Shown here in pieces: positions 11,573 to 23,880 of a DNA stretch of 64,000 bases; within the stretch, counting starts at the first letter, position 1; each line of letters opens with the position of its first letter. A model generated the notes under the pieces. It did not search any database and had not been told where the DNA came from. It saw nothing but the letters and a program-made list of their open reading frames with translations. Both the position numbers and the translations under genes were made by a program. Origin of the DNA: Nemertoderma westbladi (Eukaryota; Animalia; Xenacoelomorpha); assembly GCA_032718475.1 (NCBI GenBank), contig JAUCBJ010007287.1:43910-107909 (forward strand), given 5' to 3'.

Positions 11573-12700
11573 TCAATAGTCCATACAGTAACTGTCCTTA
11601 CTACACCATGTAGGGTGCGTGGTCAAAATGACTCCAGTCAGCCAAAACCGTCTCTTCAGATTAGTTTCAGCCAATAAAATATGGTCACCTCGTCTCAAAC
11701 ATTGGGTATTAAGATACCAAGAGGTTCTGGTCAAAATAGAGGGCAAATAATGCTTTTGCCATATTTCCCAGAATTTGTTGGCTATCAGCTGAGTGATTTT
11801 CCAAGCTTTGTTGCCATATCCGTCGCTATCGACAGGTACCGAAGTGGGCAACAATGTCGTCAGCGCCTGCATAAGCAGGTGCGCTGGTGTCAAGGCAAAC
11901 TGTACGTCGTTATTGTCTAGGATCAAAGCGATTGGTCTAGTATTTAAAACCGCTTTGATTTCTATTAACACCATCGTATTACTTTTGCCCTACCCGTCTT
12001 GATTGAGCCAATCAGCCTTTCCCAAACGCCGCGTCTCCATGGACTGTCAGGAGTATTAAAGTTCCAAACAATATGGTGAGAACGTAGTTCCTCGGAAATC
12101 TGGTTTTGGTCCAACTTCCTTAAAGCTCTGGTAATTTCATTCCGTGCACCCACAAAGTTAGTCCCTTGGTCGCAATAAATGGATTTGACCAATCCACGTC
12201 TAGTGATAAATCGCCGTAAGGCTAGGATAAAGGCGTTGGTGGTCGTCAGGCGCTCAATATGGACATCTCTGCTGGCCATGCAAGCGAAGATTAATCCCCA
12301 ACGTTTTACCTGTATACCCTTCCACGTTTCGCGATTATGGGTCCAAAACAGTCTATCCCTGTCTCAGTGAAAGGGGGTCTAAAAGCCTGTAATCTTGCTA
12401 GTGGTAGTTCACTCATTTCTTGGTGTCCTATCCTCGCGTGCACCTTCTTACAAATTATACAGTTCCGTGTTACCGAACTCAGTGCCTTGCTAGGCCTAAT
12501 CAGTACAACAAACCTCGATTGTAAGTGTGATAGACAGTGATGCCTACCTACGTGTTTGAGTCGTACATGTGCGTCCAGTATCATAGCGCACTTTAACTCA
12601 TGGTGTTGCGGTATGATGATAGGATACCTAAAGTCAAGTGCAAAGTCAATGTTCTGGAGGCTAGACTTGTGACAAAGTAAGCCCCTATAAATAATCGGAC
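11573..12700 (-). pseudogene. Bel/Pao integrase (HHCC zinc finger, catalytic core, C-terminal domain), frameshifted
   Basis: H..LKHVG...CIICKK; PFTETGIDCFGP; IYCDQGTNFVGA; FNTPDSPWRRGVWERLIGSIK; LNTRPI...LTPAHLL...FWEIWQKHYL. Confidence 0.92.
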
Positions 12701-12701
12701 T

Positions 12702-14480
12702 TCAACTCAAAATCGGTGAAGACTTGATCTGTTTACCCTGATTGATCGCTGTGAACTCTCGTGCGAAATGTCGCAATTGATAATGTCTTATAATATCAAC
12801 TTCACAAAGAACAACTTCCTCTAAGGTAAGTCTTCTAGGAAAGTCGCGTTTTCCTCTGGCATATTGTCTCAAACGTTTGAGCCATGCTAACTTGCGGCAC
12901 GCGTCAGTCCATGATCTAGTTAGGTTTACTATCCTGTCAACGTAAGTGTTAGTGACATCATCAGGTGAGGTATAGTTGTAATGTGGATACTTGTTTGGAC
13001 TTGGTAGGCCCGCGGGCCTTCCGGTAGGTGTCTCCCTTTGCACAATAGGTTTGTCAGAGTCCTCAAGTATGTCAATCTTTACGGTCTTACCTCTACCGTC
13101 CGCACCTAGTGAATTGACTGGCAGTAACGGTTTCAACTCTACAGTGTTGGTGTGTTCCTGTGAGCTTGTAAGCTTCCTAACCTTAGTCACACGTTTACCT
13201 GTAGGTGGTAAGTCAAGTATTTTCTTTGCGCGGAGTGTGATTGCTGTGGCCACACCTTTGTCGTCCAAAGAAGTCAAATTCGGTAAGTTGTTAATACCTA
13301 ATGGGTGTGTACTAGTCCGCTCCAATGAATTCATTGCGTCCTTACAGTACACGTCATTTCTTTCCAATGGAAAGTCTAGTAGACAGTCTGGTGAGGTGTC
13401 CGGTGAACAGTCTGGTGAGACGTCTGGTGAGACATAGCGCGGAACATCCGGCGAAATGTCCTGTCGTCGGTCCCAAAAAAAGTCTGGCGTAGCTTCTGTC
13501 AGAAAGTCTGGTCTAAAGTCTGGTGGACAGTCTGTCGAGATGTCTGGTGGAGAGTCTGGTGAAACGTCCGGTAAACAATCTGTCGAGAGTTCCATAAAAC
13601 AATCTGGCGAACATTCTGGAAAACAATCTGGTATCGCTTCTGGTGAATAATCTGGCGAGTCATCTGGTGAACAATCCGGCGAAACGTCTGGTGAAATCTC
13701 CTGCGGAACATCCGGTGAAAGATTCATACAAGCGTCTGGTCGAGAGTCTGGTGAGACGTCTGGCATAATGTCAGGTCTAACGTCCAGGTCATCAGATTTC
13801 GTCCGTCCTTGTGTCCTCTTAACCTTGGCATTGGCTTTCGCTTTAGATTTGACAACTGTGTCGATTTTTATCTCGGCACCCTCCGGTATGGTATTGGTTG
13901 TCGCGTCAAATAACAGTGGCCATTCGTCTGATGGTCGCTGTAGGAAATCGGGTCCTCTAAACCAAAAGGATTTATTGTCCGGTTTACAAAAGTCGATCGG
14001 TAGCATCCCCCATGACGCAATGTCAGCTGGGTTCAGCTTCCCTTGACAGTGACGCCAATCTTGTTTGAGCAACCGGTTCAATATTTCAGCCCGTCTGTTG
14101 GCTACAAAAGTCTTGAACTTGAATGTTTTGTTGTTTATGTACCAAAGTACCAACGTCGCATCCGTCCAATATTTGACCTTCAAGTTAGACACCAGCTCGC
14201 GTTGAACTAAACTGACAATATTGGTGGATATCGTCCCGGCTTGCAGCTCTCCATGAGGTACAGTCATAGACTTCAACGGCATTGTTCTAGCCCTTGAAGT
14301 AACGAGAGACGCTTCGTAGCTGTCCGATGTCACTTGTCGTCTAAGATTTAAAGTAACCCTCAGTCCATCCTTACTAGCGTCACTGAAGCTGTGAAGCTCT
14401 AAATCGGCAGGAAAGGAAAGTATACCCTTGGTATGGTATAGTCTTGTAGGAACGTCAGTTGGGCTTCCCAGTCCCTCCAT
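12702..14480 (-). CDS. Bel/Pao RNase H region plus repetitive xSPD linker
   Basis: ELHSFSDASK, YWTDATLVLWYI, FVANR, NPADIAS, WFRGPDFL. Confidence 0.9.
   Translation of the reverse strand: MEGLGSPTDVPTRLYHTKGILSFPADLELHSFSDASKDGLRVTLNLRRQVTSDSYEASLVTSRARTMPLKSMTVPHGELQAGTISTNIVSLVQRELVSNLKVKYWTDATLVLWYINNKTFKFKTFVANRRAEILNRLLKQDWRHCQGKLNPADIASWGMLPIDFCKPDNKSFWFRGPDFLQRPSDEWPLLFDATTNTIPEGAEIKIDTVVKSKAKANAKVKRTQGRTKSDDLDVRPDIMPDVSPDSRPDACMNLSPDVPQEISPDVSPDCSPDDSPDYSPEAIPDCFPECSPDCFMELSTDCLPDVSPDSPPDISTDCPPDFRPDFLTEATPDFFWDRRQDISPDVPRYVSPDVSPDCSPDTSPDCLLDFPLERNDVYCKDAMNSLERTSTHPLGINNLPNLTSLDDKGVATAITLRAKKILDLPPTGKRVTKVRKLTSSQEHTNTVELKPLLPVNSLGADGRGKTVKIDILEDSDKPIVQRETPTGRPAGLPSPNKYPHYNYTSPDDVTNTYVDRIVNLTRSWTDACRKLAWLKRLRQYARGKRDFPRRLTLEEVVLCEVDIIRHYQLRHFAREFTAINQGKQIKSSPILS
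13380..13790 (-). repeat. In-frame 12-bp repeat encoding (x-S-P-D)n
   Basis: VSPDCSPDDSPDYSPE... tract within the 592-aa ORF. Confidence 0.85.
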
Positions 14481-14487
14481 TGCTCAG

Positions 14488-15436
14488 CTAACTTTTCTGG
14501 GATGGGATCGTCCCATTCCAGTCCGGCTTGCCAAATGCATGTAGGATCACTGGACTAATGAAACACAATGGGTCATACAATCGACTCATGGTTGATAAGC
14601 AAGTCCTCTTAGTGAGAGGTCTAGTCTGTCCGTTGGACCTTACACGTACCCTAAAATTGTTGGTGTTTGGGTCCCAACTAAGTCCTAATACTTTGGTCGT
14701 AGGTAGACATTCTAGGTCTAAGTCCAAATCACCTCCACTGCGATCAGTCGGGTCAAATGAGTTCACTAGTTCGGGTTTGTTGGAAGCGAACTTTGTAAGG
14801 CGGAATCCGCCCTCAGCGAGACAATCTTGGAGTTGGTGTGCCACGGTCGTAGCGCGCTCCAGAGTGTCACAACTCTTGAGGCCGTCATCCACGTAGAAAT
14901 CTCGTTCCACTGTCCGAACTACTTCTGGGTCAAATTGGTCTTGTCTGTCCAATGCAGTTTGCTTTAAGGCGTACATGGTGCAGTTGGGGCTGTCCCTGGC
15001 TCTGAAAACTCTTAGCTGCATTTGGTAAGTTTCTGGCGGAAGTTCTAAATTTCCGTCCGGATACCAAAGAAACTTCAAACTGTCCCTGTCCCGCTCCAAA
15101 GCCTTAACCTGGTGAAACATGGCACAGGTGAAAGCCACTTTGCATTGTCTAAAACGCATTAGGACTCCCATGAGGTAATTATTCATATTCGGCCCATCCA
15201 GCAGTTCGCTGTTGATAAAGCGCAGCGCAGTCGTTGACTACACGCACATTGCCAGGTTTGTCCGGGTGTCGAACAAAATGATGTGGCAGGTAATATGTCT
15301 GATCTGTGGTTACCTCGGGATTTAACATCCTAATGGCGTATCCCTTTTGGAGATACGTCTGAAGTTGCGCATTGTATTGCATATGGGCCGTCTCATCACG
15401 CAACAATCGCTGCCTTATTGATTTGAGTTGCCTCAA
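14488..15436 (-). pseudogene. Bel/Pao reverse transcriptase, frameshifted
   Basis: YYLPHHFV..PDKPGNVRVVNDCAA; MFHQV; DFYVDD; GGFRLTKFASN; KVLGLSW; LYDPL. Confidence 0.92.
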
Positions 15437-15472
15437 AGCAATCGGGTAGTTGTTAACGAGCTTAGGTTGTCC

Positions 15473-15732
15473 GCCTCCGCTTTGCAGGACATTGCTTTCG
15501 CCGTGAGGACCAGCCAGTGCATAATCTTGTACTTTGGCAGCCTCATGGAGTGAATAAGCATGGTGGACAGCCCATGACTTTCTTGAGACGCATCTTAAAG
15601 GACACTGGCCTTAAAGATGCGGATGATCTAGCAAATGTCATGGGTGATAGGGAGTTGTGGCGGTGCAATTTTGTTGACAAGCCGGCACAGCATTCTTAAA
15701 AATGCAGCTGCAATGCAGCATGCCGATCCTAG
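15473..15732 (+). mobile_element. 5'-truncated RTE-1 LINE (260 bp) inserted in Bel 2
   Basis: Near-identical to the 3' end of the RTE at 35135-36940; 10-bp TSD taggttgtcc at 15463-15472 and 15733-15742. Confidence 0.95.
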
Positions 15733-15742
15733 TAGGTTGTCC

Positions 15743-16807
15743 ATTGCGCCACAACATGCCTACTTTGTAATGGCCATTCGCGATCTTGCGAAAGGTATTC
15801 CTCATGATATTTAATGACCGTTTTTCATGTTCTGACATAGCGGTCTCGTAACTACCTGGTTCTGCTGAATCCTGTTCTAACCATTTAATGGTTGATTCAG
15901 TCAGCAGTCGGTCATGTGCTGCTTGCACTCCGCCATGGTCCTCGTCCACGTCTTTGTCCGCTGCGGTGGCTATTGTCAATATGTCTGGTAGGCTCGCAAG
16001 CCTTCCGGTGTCACTAGTCGGTGTCGAATCGTCGTGTGGCGGTTTGACTACCTTCTGATGTGACGGTAGGCTCGCAAGCCTTCCTAGATCAACGACCGGT
16101 GTCGAAGCCTGGTGGGTGGGGTCAATGACCTTCGGATTTTTCGGTAGGCTCGCAAGCCTTCCAAAACCCTCGTTCATTGAGTCATCCACAGCAACAACCC
16201 TTTGGTCTTCAGTAGTCAATACAACCTGGTTTACTGCAAGTAGTTGTAAGTCAGAGGTCCGTGTGGTCGTGTCCAGTTCAGTTACGTCAGTATTGGTTAC
16301 GTCTGCGACGCAATTTTGTCGTAGTGCAGTCTGTACAATTGGACCACAGGAGTGTGAAGGAGAATTATCTATTGTAGTAGTCAATAAACTACATGTACTC
16401 AAAACGTTGTCCTCCTGGTCACTTACCTCTAATGAACGCACTGGTGCTTGAGTATACCAACCTAAGGGAGTTCTACATGCGTAGGGGTTGCCCGCTGTTA
16501 TAACAGATGGGCGTGTCTCCCATACCTGATGTAAGTTAAACTGGTCTGTCACAATCAACATCGCGATTGAGCGATAGTTGACAGGACAATCCGGTATTCC
16601 AAGGTGTTGGAAATACTTACGATCTTCCGGTGATTGCTCTGGCACAGGGCCGAGCAAGTTACTAAAGTCCTTCATAGCTGCAAAGGTCAAATTTCTTACC
16701 GGAAGTAATGAGTGCTCCTCCTTGCTGTGTTCCGCTTTGGAAAGAAGAGTGTCTAAGGTTAATTTTACTCTCATCGCTCTCTTACCATGCATGCTGCTTA
16801 CAGTATA
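15743..16807 (-). pseudogene. Bel/Pao protease C-terminal part and linker with three 78-bp-spaced repeats
   Basis: PYACRTPLGW; GHYKVGMLWR; GRLASLP three times at 15987, 16065 and 16143. Confidence 0.8.
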
Positions 16808-16815
16808 CTGAGCAG

Positions 16816-18227
16816 TAGGGCGGTGCGTTTTTTACTTTTTTTCGATTTCATTGTTCTACCGGGGCACAAAAGTTGCCAAATGGTAAAAAAATAAGGCAAA
16901 ACAAATTTCTTTAAATTTCGTATATATCTTCACGGATCCCAAGAGGGTTGAAATTTTGTGCCATCGCGATGCACCATAATGAAATATATAACAATATAAC
17001 ACATTGATGAAAGATCAATGACTCAAAAAAGAACTTCCTGCATGCATCAAATGTCATCAAATGGGTCCAAACTTAGTTAGATACCAAAATTTTAATTTTT
17101 GGATCAAGGGAACTAGTGCCACAGGCATGTGGCCAGAAACTACCATTTGGCGCAAGTGATGATTATTCTCAATTTTCGCGATGGCCAACTTTGAGTTCTC
17201 CTACTGCATTCATATTATGCTCATTAGAACCGCAATGACCGATTTAGTGGGGGTAGACTCCTTCAAAACAAACGTAGAGCGAATAGTTCTTGAGATATCG
17301 CAGAAAATGTGAAGTCTGGCACAAGTCTACATTACCGCCTTGATGTGATATGGACAAATACACTAAAAATGATATTTTGAATTATCTCAAGGAATCACGA
17401 ATAGACACATCACAGAAATGATCGATATAGTGGGTGAAGACACCTTCAAAATAAGAATAGAGTCATTAGTTCTTGAGTTATTTTACAAAATGTCAAGACT
17501 ACTGTATGTCCACCAATTAATACTTAATATTGAGTTGACCCATTCCACACATTTTGTACAAAAACTATAGTGAATTAATCACTACTCTTTAATTTTGAAG
17601 TTGTCTGTATACACTAAATCAATTTGTTGCAGTGATGTGTATATTTTTGATGCCTTAAGATAATTAGAAGTAACATTTTTGTGTATTTGTCTATAAATCA
17701 TCAAGGCGGTAATGTTGACTTGTGCCGTACTTTACATTTTCTGCGATATCTCAAGATCTATTCGCTCTATGCTTGTTTTGATGGTGTCTACCCCCACTAA
17801 GTCGGTCATTGCGGTTCTAATGAGCATAATATTAATGCCGTAGGAGAACTAAAAGTTGTCCATCACCAAAATTGAGAATAATCATCACTTGCGCCAAAGA
17901 GAAGGTTCTGGTCATTTGCCTTGGCACTACTTCCCTTAATTCAAAAATTAAAATTTTGGTATCTAACTTAGTTTGGACCCATTTGATGACATTTGATGCA
18001 TGCAGGAAGTTCTTTTTTGAGTCATTGATCTTTCATCAATGTGTTATATTGTTATAAATTTCATTATGGTGCATCGCGATGGCACAAAATTTCAACCCTC
18101 TTGGGATCCGTGAAGATATAAACGAAATTGAAAGAAATTTTTTTTGCCTTATTTTTTTACCATTTGGCAACTTTTGTGCACCGGTAGAACAATAAAATCG
18201 AAAAAAAGTAAAAAACGCACCGCCCTA
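16816..18227. mobile_element. Non-autonomous hAT-type foldback DNA transposon (1412 bp) with very long TIRs
   Basis: Termini tagggcggtgcg...cgcaccgcccta; 8-bp TSD ctgagcag (16808-16815, 18228-18235); imperfect inverted arms of roughly 600 bp. Confidence 0.93.
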
Positions 18228-18235
18228 CTGAGCAG

Positions 18236-18959
18236 TCTTACCTTTACTAATGTCCATAACTACGTCGGCTACTTGTTCATCGACGTAACTAAGCGATGAT
18301 GCAGAGTCTAGGATAGCGTATATACGCTTGCTCCCTCGGGTTCTGGTAATCTTTATAGGAATAACGCTAAAACCTTTCAATTGGTTCTGTGTGAGGAGTG
18401 TTATGGATGGTTGTTCCTCCCCCGCATGCACGTAAAAGGTGTCGTCTTCCTCCTCGTCCTCGTCCGATGATCCCGATTGATCCATACAATCCGTGTAGAA
18501 AGTACGAATCTTGCGTGGCGCACGCTCCTTGTAAAGTGCGTCGCATCTAGCCGCTTTATCTGGATGCTCTCGTCGAAAGCGTTTGGTTGGAGTATGACTG
18601 TTCGAGTGAAGTATCGCATCATGGTTACGTCCACATAGAGGACATGTATCGTTGCTCGGGCAATCCTTCCGGACGTGTCCAGGCTTAGTACATCTCCAAC
18701 AAGAATCCAAAGATCGAATCTGAAGTCTCCTTTCTTTGACTCCTAACTCCTTAAAAGCGCGACATCCACGTAGTTTATGTCCGCTGTGGTTTCTGCCGTT
18801 CCGCTCGCAATATGAGCATCCCACAAAGTCCGCCGGCAACTGTTGTCGTGGCTGCTTGGTGCCGATAGGCATCAGAACTTTAGAAGTTTCGGTCGGGGTG
18901 GCATAGGTAACGGCTTTAGCGTTTGTTAAGTTAGCGTTTGGTCCGAGTCGGCGCAGCAA
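18236..18959 (-). pseudogene. Bel 2 zinc knuckles + protease active site
   Basis: CWRCTKPGHVRKDC, CPLCGRNHDAILH, YAILDSASSLSYV. Confidence 0.88.
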
Positions 18960-19572
18960 TAGCTATTTCTTCTGCCGCTATATGGTGATCGGTATAGTTG
19001 GATCGAGTCTCCACTACGGCCTCCCGCGAAATCAGTTGGTAGACGTCGGTGAGTTTTAATAGCCCACCGGCCTCTTCACGCTGATACTCGATGCGTCGCC
19101 ATTCTCGTCGTAATTGATGATGAAGTCGACCGATTATTCTAATGAGAACTGTCGGTGCATTAGCGTATTCGAGTTGTCCAATGGACCGTAAAGACCCTAT
19201 AGCGTTCTTAATTTTATCCGCGAGTCGTAAAAGATCGATCGGTTTTGAAATACTTCCTCCTCTACAGTCTTCGATAATGGATTTAGCCATGGCTACGTTA
19301 CCACCGTAAATCGAGTATAGACGGTCGTACGCCAACTCAAAGGCATCTGGAACACCGATGAAGGTTTCTGCTAATCGTTTCGGATCACCAGACAGAACCT
19401 GGAGCAAGTAATTAAACTTCTCTATCAAGGTGAAAGCACACTTAGCGATCTGGGACTCTATGTAGTCTACCAGCGTACGCCAGTGTTTTGCGTTGAAGGA
19501 GAACTTCGGCGGTTCTTGTGCCGGTAATCCGTGTCTAGCCGCAAACTTCGAAATCTCGCTAACCAAGTCCAA
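18931..19572 (-). pseudogene. Bel 2 gag DUF1759-like domain
   Basis: EPPKFS...W...EKFNYLLQVLSGDPK...LYSIYG. Confidence 0.85.
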
Positions 19573-21343
19573 CTGTCCGCGTCCCTGTTCGATTGCGTTG
19601 TCCAGTCGTTCCCTTTGTTCGTCGGTAGGAAATATTAACGGGATGTTCTTCTCGATGGTTCGGAGTCTGTCTAGTCTCCTGTTCTCTCCTTAGTGGTTGA
19701 TGTTGTCTAGGTTGTTCCAACTCTACGCTGGTTCATGATCGATCCGACGGTTGTGCTTTGAGTCGCTCTTCAATTTGAGCTAGTCGGTCTGTCACCTCAG
19801 TGAACTGTTTGGCGCTAATCGCTTACGCTGGTTGCAACGTGGGTTTCTGCAAGGGTGTTTCTCGTGGAGGATTGTTGATGTATGGGTTCGTCGCGCTCTC
19901 CTCCCGTTTGTAATCAGCCGCCAGTCCAATACAGAATATTTCCCGTTCTGTCGACTCCGTATCGCTACATGAATCGCTGTCGTCGGGATACGGTGGTTGG
20001 CGGGTTCGTTGTGGTCTGGGATCTACGACTCTCCGTTGTTCAGCAGGCTTGCAAGCCTTCCATGAAGTCGTAGGTCTCGTTGAACTCGGTTCGATCCTGT
20101 GGGTACTACCCACATCCGTCGTCCTTCGTTGTTTGGTAGGCTCGCAAGCCTTCCACGAAGTGGTAGGTCTCGATAAACATTGGGTGAGGGGTCTAGTAAA
20201 AACATCAGAGTTAAGCTCTACTGTAGGTTTATAAAGGACTGGGTTCACGCAGCACGTCACAGGTTAAACTTGTAATGGTTTACTCACCTGTTTTACCGTC
20301 AAAAACGCAGGTTTGTATCTCTCTACAAGTAAACTACGGCTTACAGTAGGTGGACTACTTATCTTACCTGCGAGAATCGGCGATGAAGTCGCTTGTGGCT
20401 GCGGAATTGATTCCGACATAACAAACCTATTACCTTGCATGGGTGATATTTCCTTCGGTTTTGCACCATAACCGGTTTTACTGGAGTCGTGGGTTTGAGC
20501 ATAGGAATAACTTGGGGAAAATGTTGACAGTAATCCTCGACAAACTCCTCTCCTCGATCTATCGCTCCCACACTTCCTTCCTCGATTCGCTTTTAAATTC
20601 CGTGATATCGAGTCTCCATGTGATCCAGGGCGGACAAGTCATGTCCAGCTCGAGACCTTATAGATCTATCTCTTGCGTCGAGTTCGAGGTCCTCTTGAGC
20701 ATTCGCTGCCTCGTGCAATCTGCAATTTAGTTCAAACTGGAACTGCATCTCTCTCTCGCGTCAGTCTGCCTCCTGTTGTTGTGCCGCTAATTCTGCTTCC
20801 TGAATGGCTAAATGTGATTTTATTTGCCGTGCCTCCAACTGAGCACGAGTGTCAGATGCCGCTTTCTTCCGCGCTAACTCATCAGCTGCTGCCTGTCGTG
20901 CTGCTGCCGCTGCGGCCGCTTCCTGCGCCAAGTCCTCCTCGGCTTGAGCCTGAAGTTTCGCAATTCTCGCTTCGTCTTCTCTGCGTTGTTTCTCTCCCTC
21001 GATAGCAATCTGTGCCATCTGCCATTGCGCTTCTTCCTCGGCGACTTGTTGTCGGCGTGCAACCTCCTGTTGTTGTCGAGTAATTACAGACGCTGTCCTA
21101 CTGATGTTGCCAACGTCGCTCTGCACACTAACGAACGATCTATCCAGTTGTGGAATTTGGTAGGCTCGCGAGCCTTCCGTAGTTAGAACTTCCGTCGTCC
21201 CTCGCGGTTCGACTTCCGGTTCTTCAATCGGTACGCCGTTTCTACGAAGAAAATTGGTGAGCGTCTCCAACCTCCCGTCCTAGCGATAGAGTTCTTCTTC
21301 CTCTTCGGGTTGCAACAACGCGTCTGAAACTGACTCACCTAGC
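19573..21343 (-). pseudogene. Bel 2 gag N-terminal coiled-coil region (fragmented)
   Basis: Glu/Ala/Gln-rich ORF 20761-21270 and smaller fragments upstream of DUF1759. Confidence 0.65.
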
Positions 21344-21348
21344 AGTTG

Positions 21349-21860
21349 TGTGACGGGATCTGAAAATGCCGACAGGTGTGGTTTATGTATGCGTCCCCGC
21401 CGTGTGAGTGAAAAGGAGTTTGTTGTTCTTCGAATGTTATTGATAATATAAAATGTGGTATACAATAGCAGCAAGTAGATATAATAGCAGATAGCAATTG
21501 CAGAAACTGAATAAACAGGTAATATGGTGACGGCGGTGACATTCTTAAACTGTTCGTAAACATATCGTTATGTTGGCCGTGTTACTCAGCTGATGCCCTG
21601 CTGTCCCCCCATTGGCTAGTAACCTAATTCTCGCCCTGAACTTTGTGGGAGTGTTTCCCCCCCCAGCTGCTGTCACTCTCTCTCCTTGAGGTAGCTTGAC
21701 CTCTAACCTCTATTGTGTGAGGTCCTTTGGGGTTTGTCGTCCCCGTTTAATGGGGGTGGTACGAGGTTGATTGGCAATCAACCTCGTGCTTCCCAATATT
21801 GCTTAAAGGCCCTGCTTGTCCAACTTTATGGGGTGGTTAGCGGAATTGAATACGCTAACA
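21349..21860 (-). repeat. 3' LTR
   Basis: Direct repeat of 24583-25144 with a small internal deletion. Confidence 0.93.
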
Positions 21861-23059
21861 CTCCTCCCCATGCTATCTTCCCGGTGAGAAGATAGCATCC
21901 ACCTCTAGTGCGCTACAATTCCGCTGGATCCCGATTTACTATCGGGTGTGGAGTGGAGTTATTTTCCTCGGAGCCGGCTTTCCAGGCCGCTCCCTATGGG
22001 TATGATATTCTATTACCCTCTCTTGGTGCAACTTCGACTATGTTGCACCAAGACATCTGGTGTCTCAGTGTCGGGCCGATCGTGCGATTCTCTCACACAA
22101 TTTTTGTTTCCCCAACACTCTCTTCACTCTAACTCTGACTCTAACCTCCCCTTTACTCTAACTCTGACTCTCCTCTACTTCTCTTTACTTCCGCTCTAAC
22201 TCTCGGACCTCCTTGTCCCTCACTTTGCCTCTTACTCCTCCCCCCCCCCCACACTTGAATTGCACTCGCACTCTCTCCGCGCGTTCTATACCACCTCTCG
22301 CCATCACTCTTGCGTTCTCCTCTCATACTCTTCTCACATTCCTCTCATACTCCTCTCATACTCCTCACTCTCCTGTGGTCCCACCAAGTGCCCCTCCTAC
22401 TCGTATCCCGGTAGTGCCCATCTGCACGATTCTTATCCCGCAGGATACGAGCTTTCACAATAAATCCTAAACTCCGCCCTGTTGTTTAATGACCACGCAC
22501 TTATCGGGTCCCACGCATGTGCGCTCATGTTAGTGTGAGCCGTCTAAGTCCCGTCCTGTCGCCCTAGTCAATTAGTCCCCAGTCCCAGTAGCTAATTGGA
22601 AAAAGGTTGTGCTTGACTACGGTACATACTGTATAATATATATACGAATTATTATATAATTGTTATAAGATTATAATTATTGTTATTATATATATTATAT
22701 TATAAGCTTGTCTACATAACGTGTTTCATTCTTACTACTCACTACTCTCTCTCCGCCTTTCTCGCCTGGCGACTTCTTCCAGTCGCTTCCCATCAAGTCT
22801 ATCCGCTTCCGACTTCTCTCACCTCTGATATGTGTAGTGTATCCACCTCCCTGTCTACTAGATGCCGGCTGTTGTATTACACCGACTCACCCTTCAGCTC
22901 CGGGTGGTCTACCAGACCTTCGACGGCCCTTCTGTAGTTTGGAGGTGATCCTGATATTCTTAATTTTTGTTTTAATTTTGTTTTATCTCTATTTGCCCCT
23001 GCTCTGTGCTATTATCCTATCTGCCCTTTCTAGCTACTACTTCTTTGGTCTCTACTCTC

Positions 23060-23575
23060 TTACTGCTAACTCTACTGACTCCACTAGCTCTACTATCTCC
23101 CTGGCTCTACTGACTCTCTAATTCTACTGACTCTCTAACTCTACTGACTCTCTACCTTTACTAACTCTCTAACTCCACTTACTCTCTAACTCTACTAACT
23201 CTACTAACTTTCTAACTCTCTAGTTCTACTAACTCTATTGACTCTCTACCTCTACTAACTCTACTGACTCTCTACCTCTACTAACTCTACTGACTCTCTA
23301 CCTCTACTAACTCTACTGACTCTCTACCTCTAACTAACTATCTAACTCCACTTACTCTCTACCTCTACTAACTCTACTGACTCTCTACCTCTACTAACTC
23401 TACTGACTCTCTACCTCTACTAACTCTACCGACTCTCTACCTCTAACTAACGGTACTACGTACTCTCTTACTACTCTTACTAACTCCTCTAGCTAACAGT
23501 ACTACGTACCCTCTTACTACTCTTACTAGCTCCTCTAAATATCGGTACTACGTACCCTCTTACTACTCTTACTCA
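23060..23575. repeat. Low-complexity (ctctacta/ctaact) minisatellite and three ~45-bp units inside the LTR element
   Basis: Visible tandem periodicity. Confidence 0.85.
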
Positions 23576-23880
23576 TGATGCCCTTAGCGCCCACAGGTTT
23601 TACACTTTCCATACTCTTCTGCTATGGCAATAGCATGCGTACATACCCCCCTCAATTTGTGCCCTCTCTACTACTCTACTACCTGACACCCTATGTGCCT
23701 GTCTCTACTACTCTACTACCTGGCACCCTATGTGCCCTCTCTACTACTCTACTACCTCTAACTCTGCTACCACCTCTATCTACGTGGCGCTTGCGGTGCC
23801 CACAAACACTCTGCTTACTACCTCCATCTACATGGCACTTGCGGTGCCCACAACCACTCTACTGTATGGCATACTGTACT

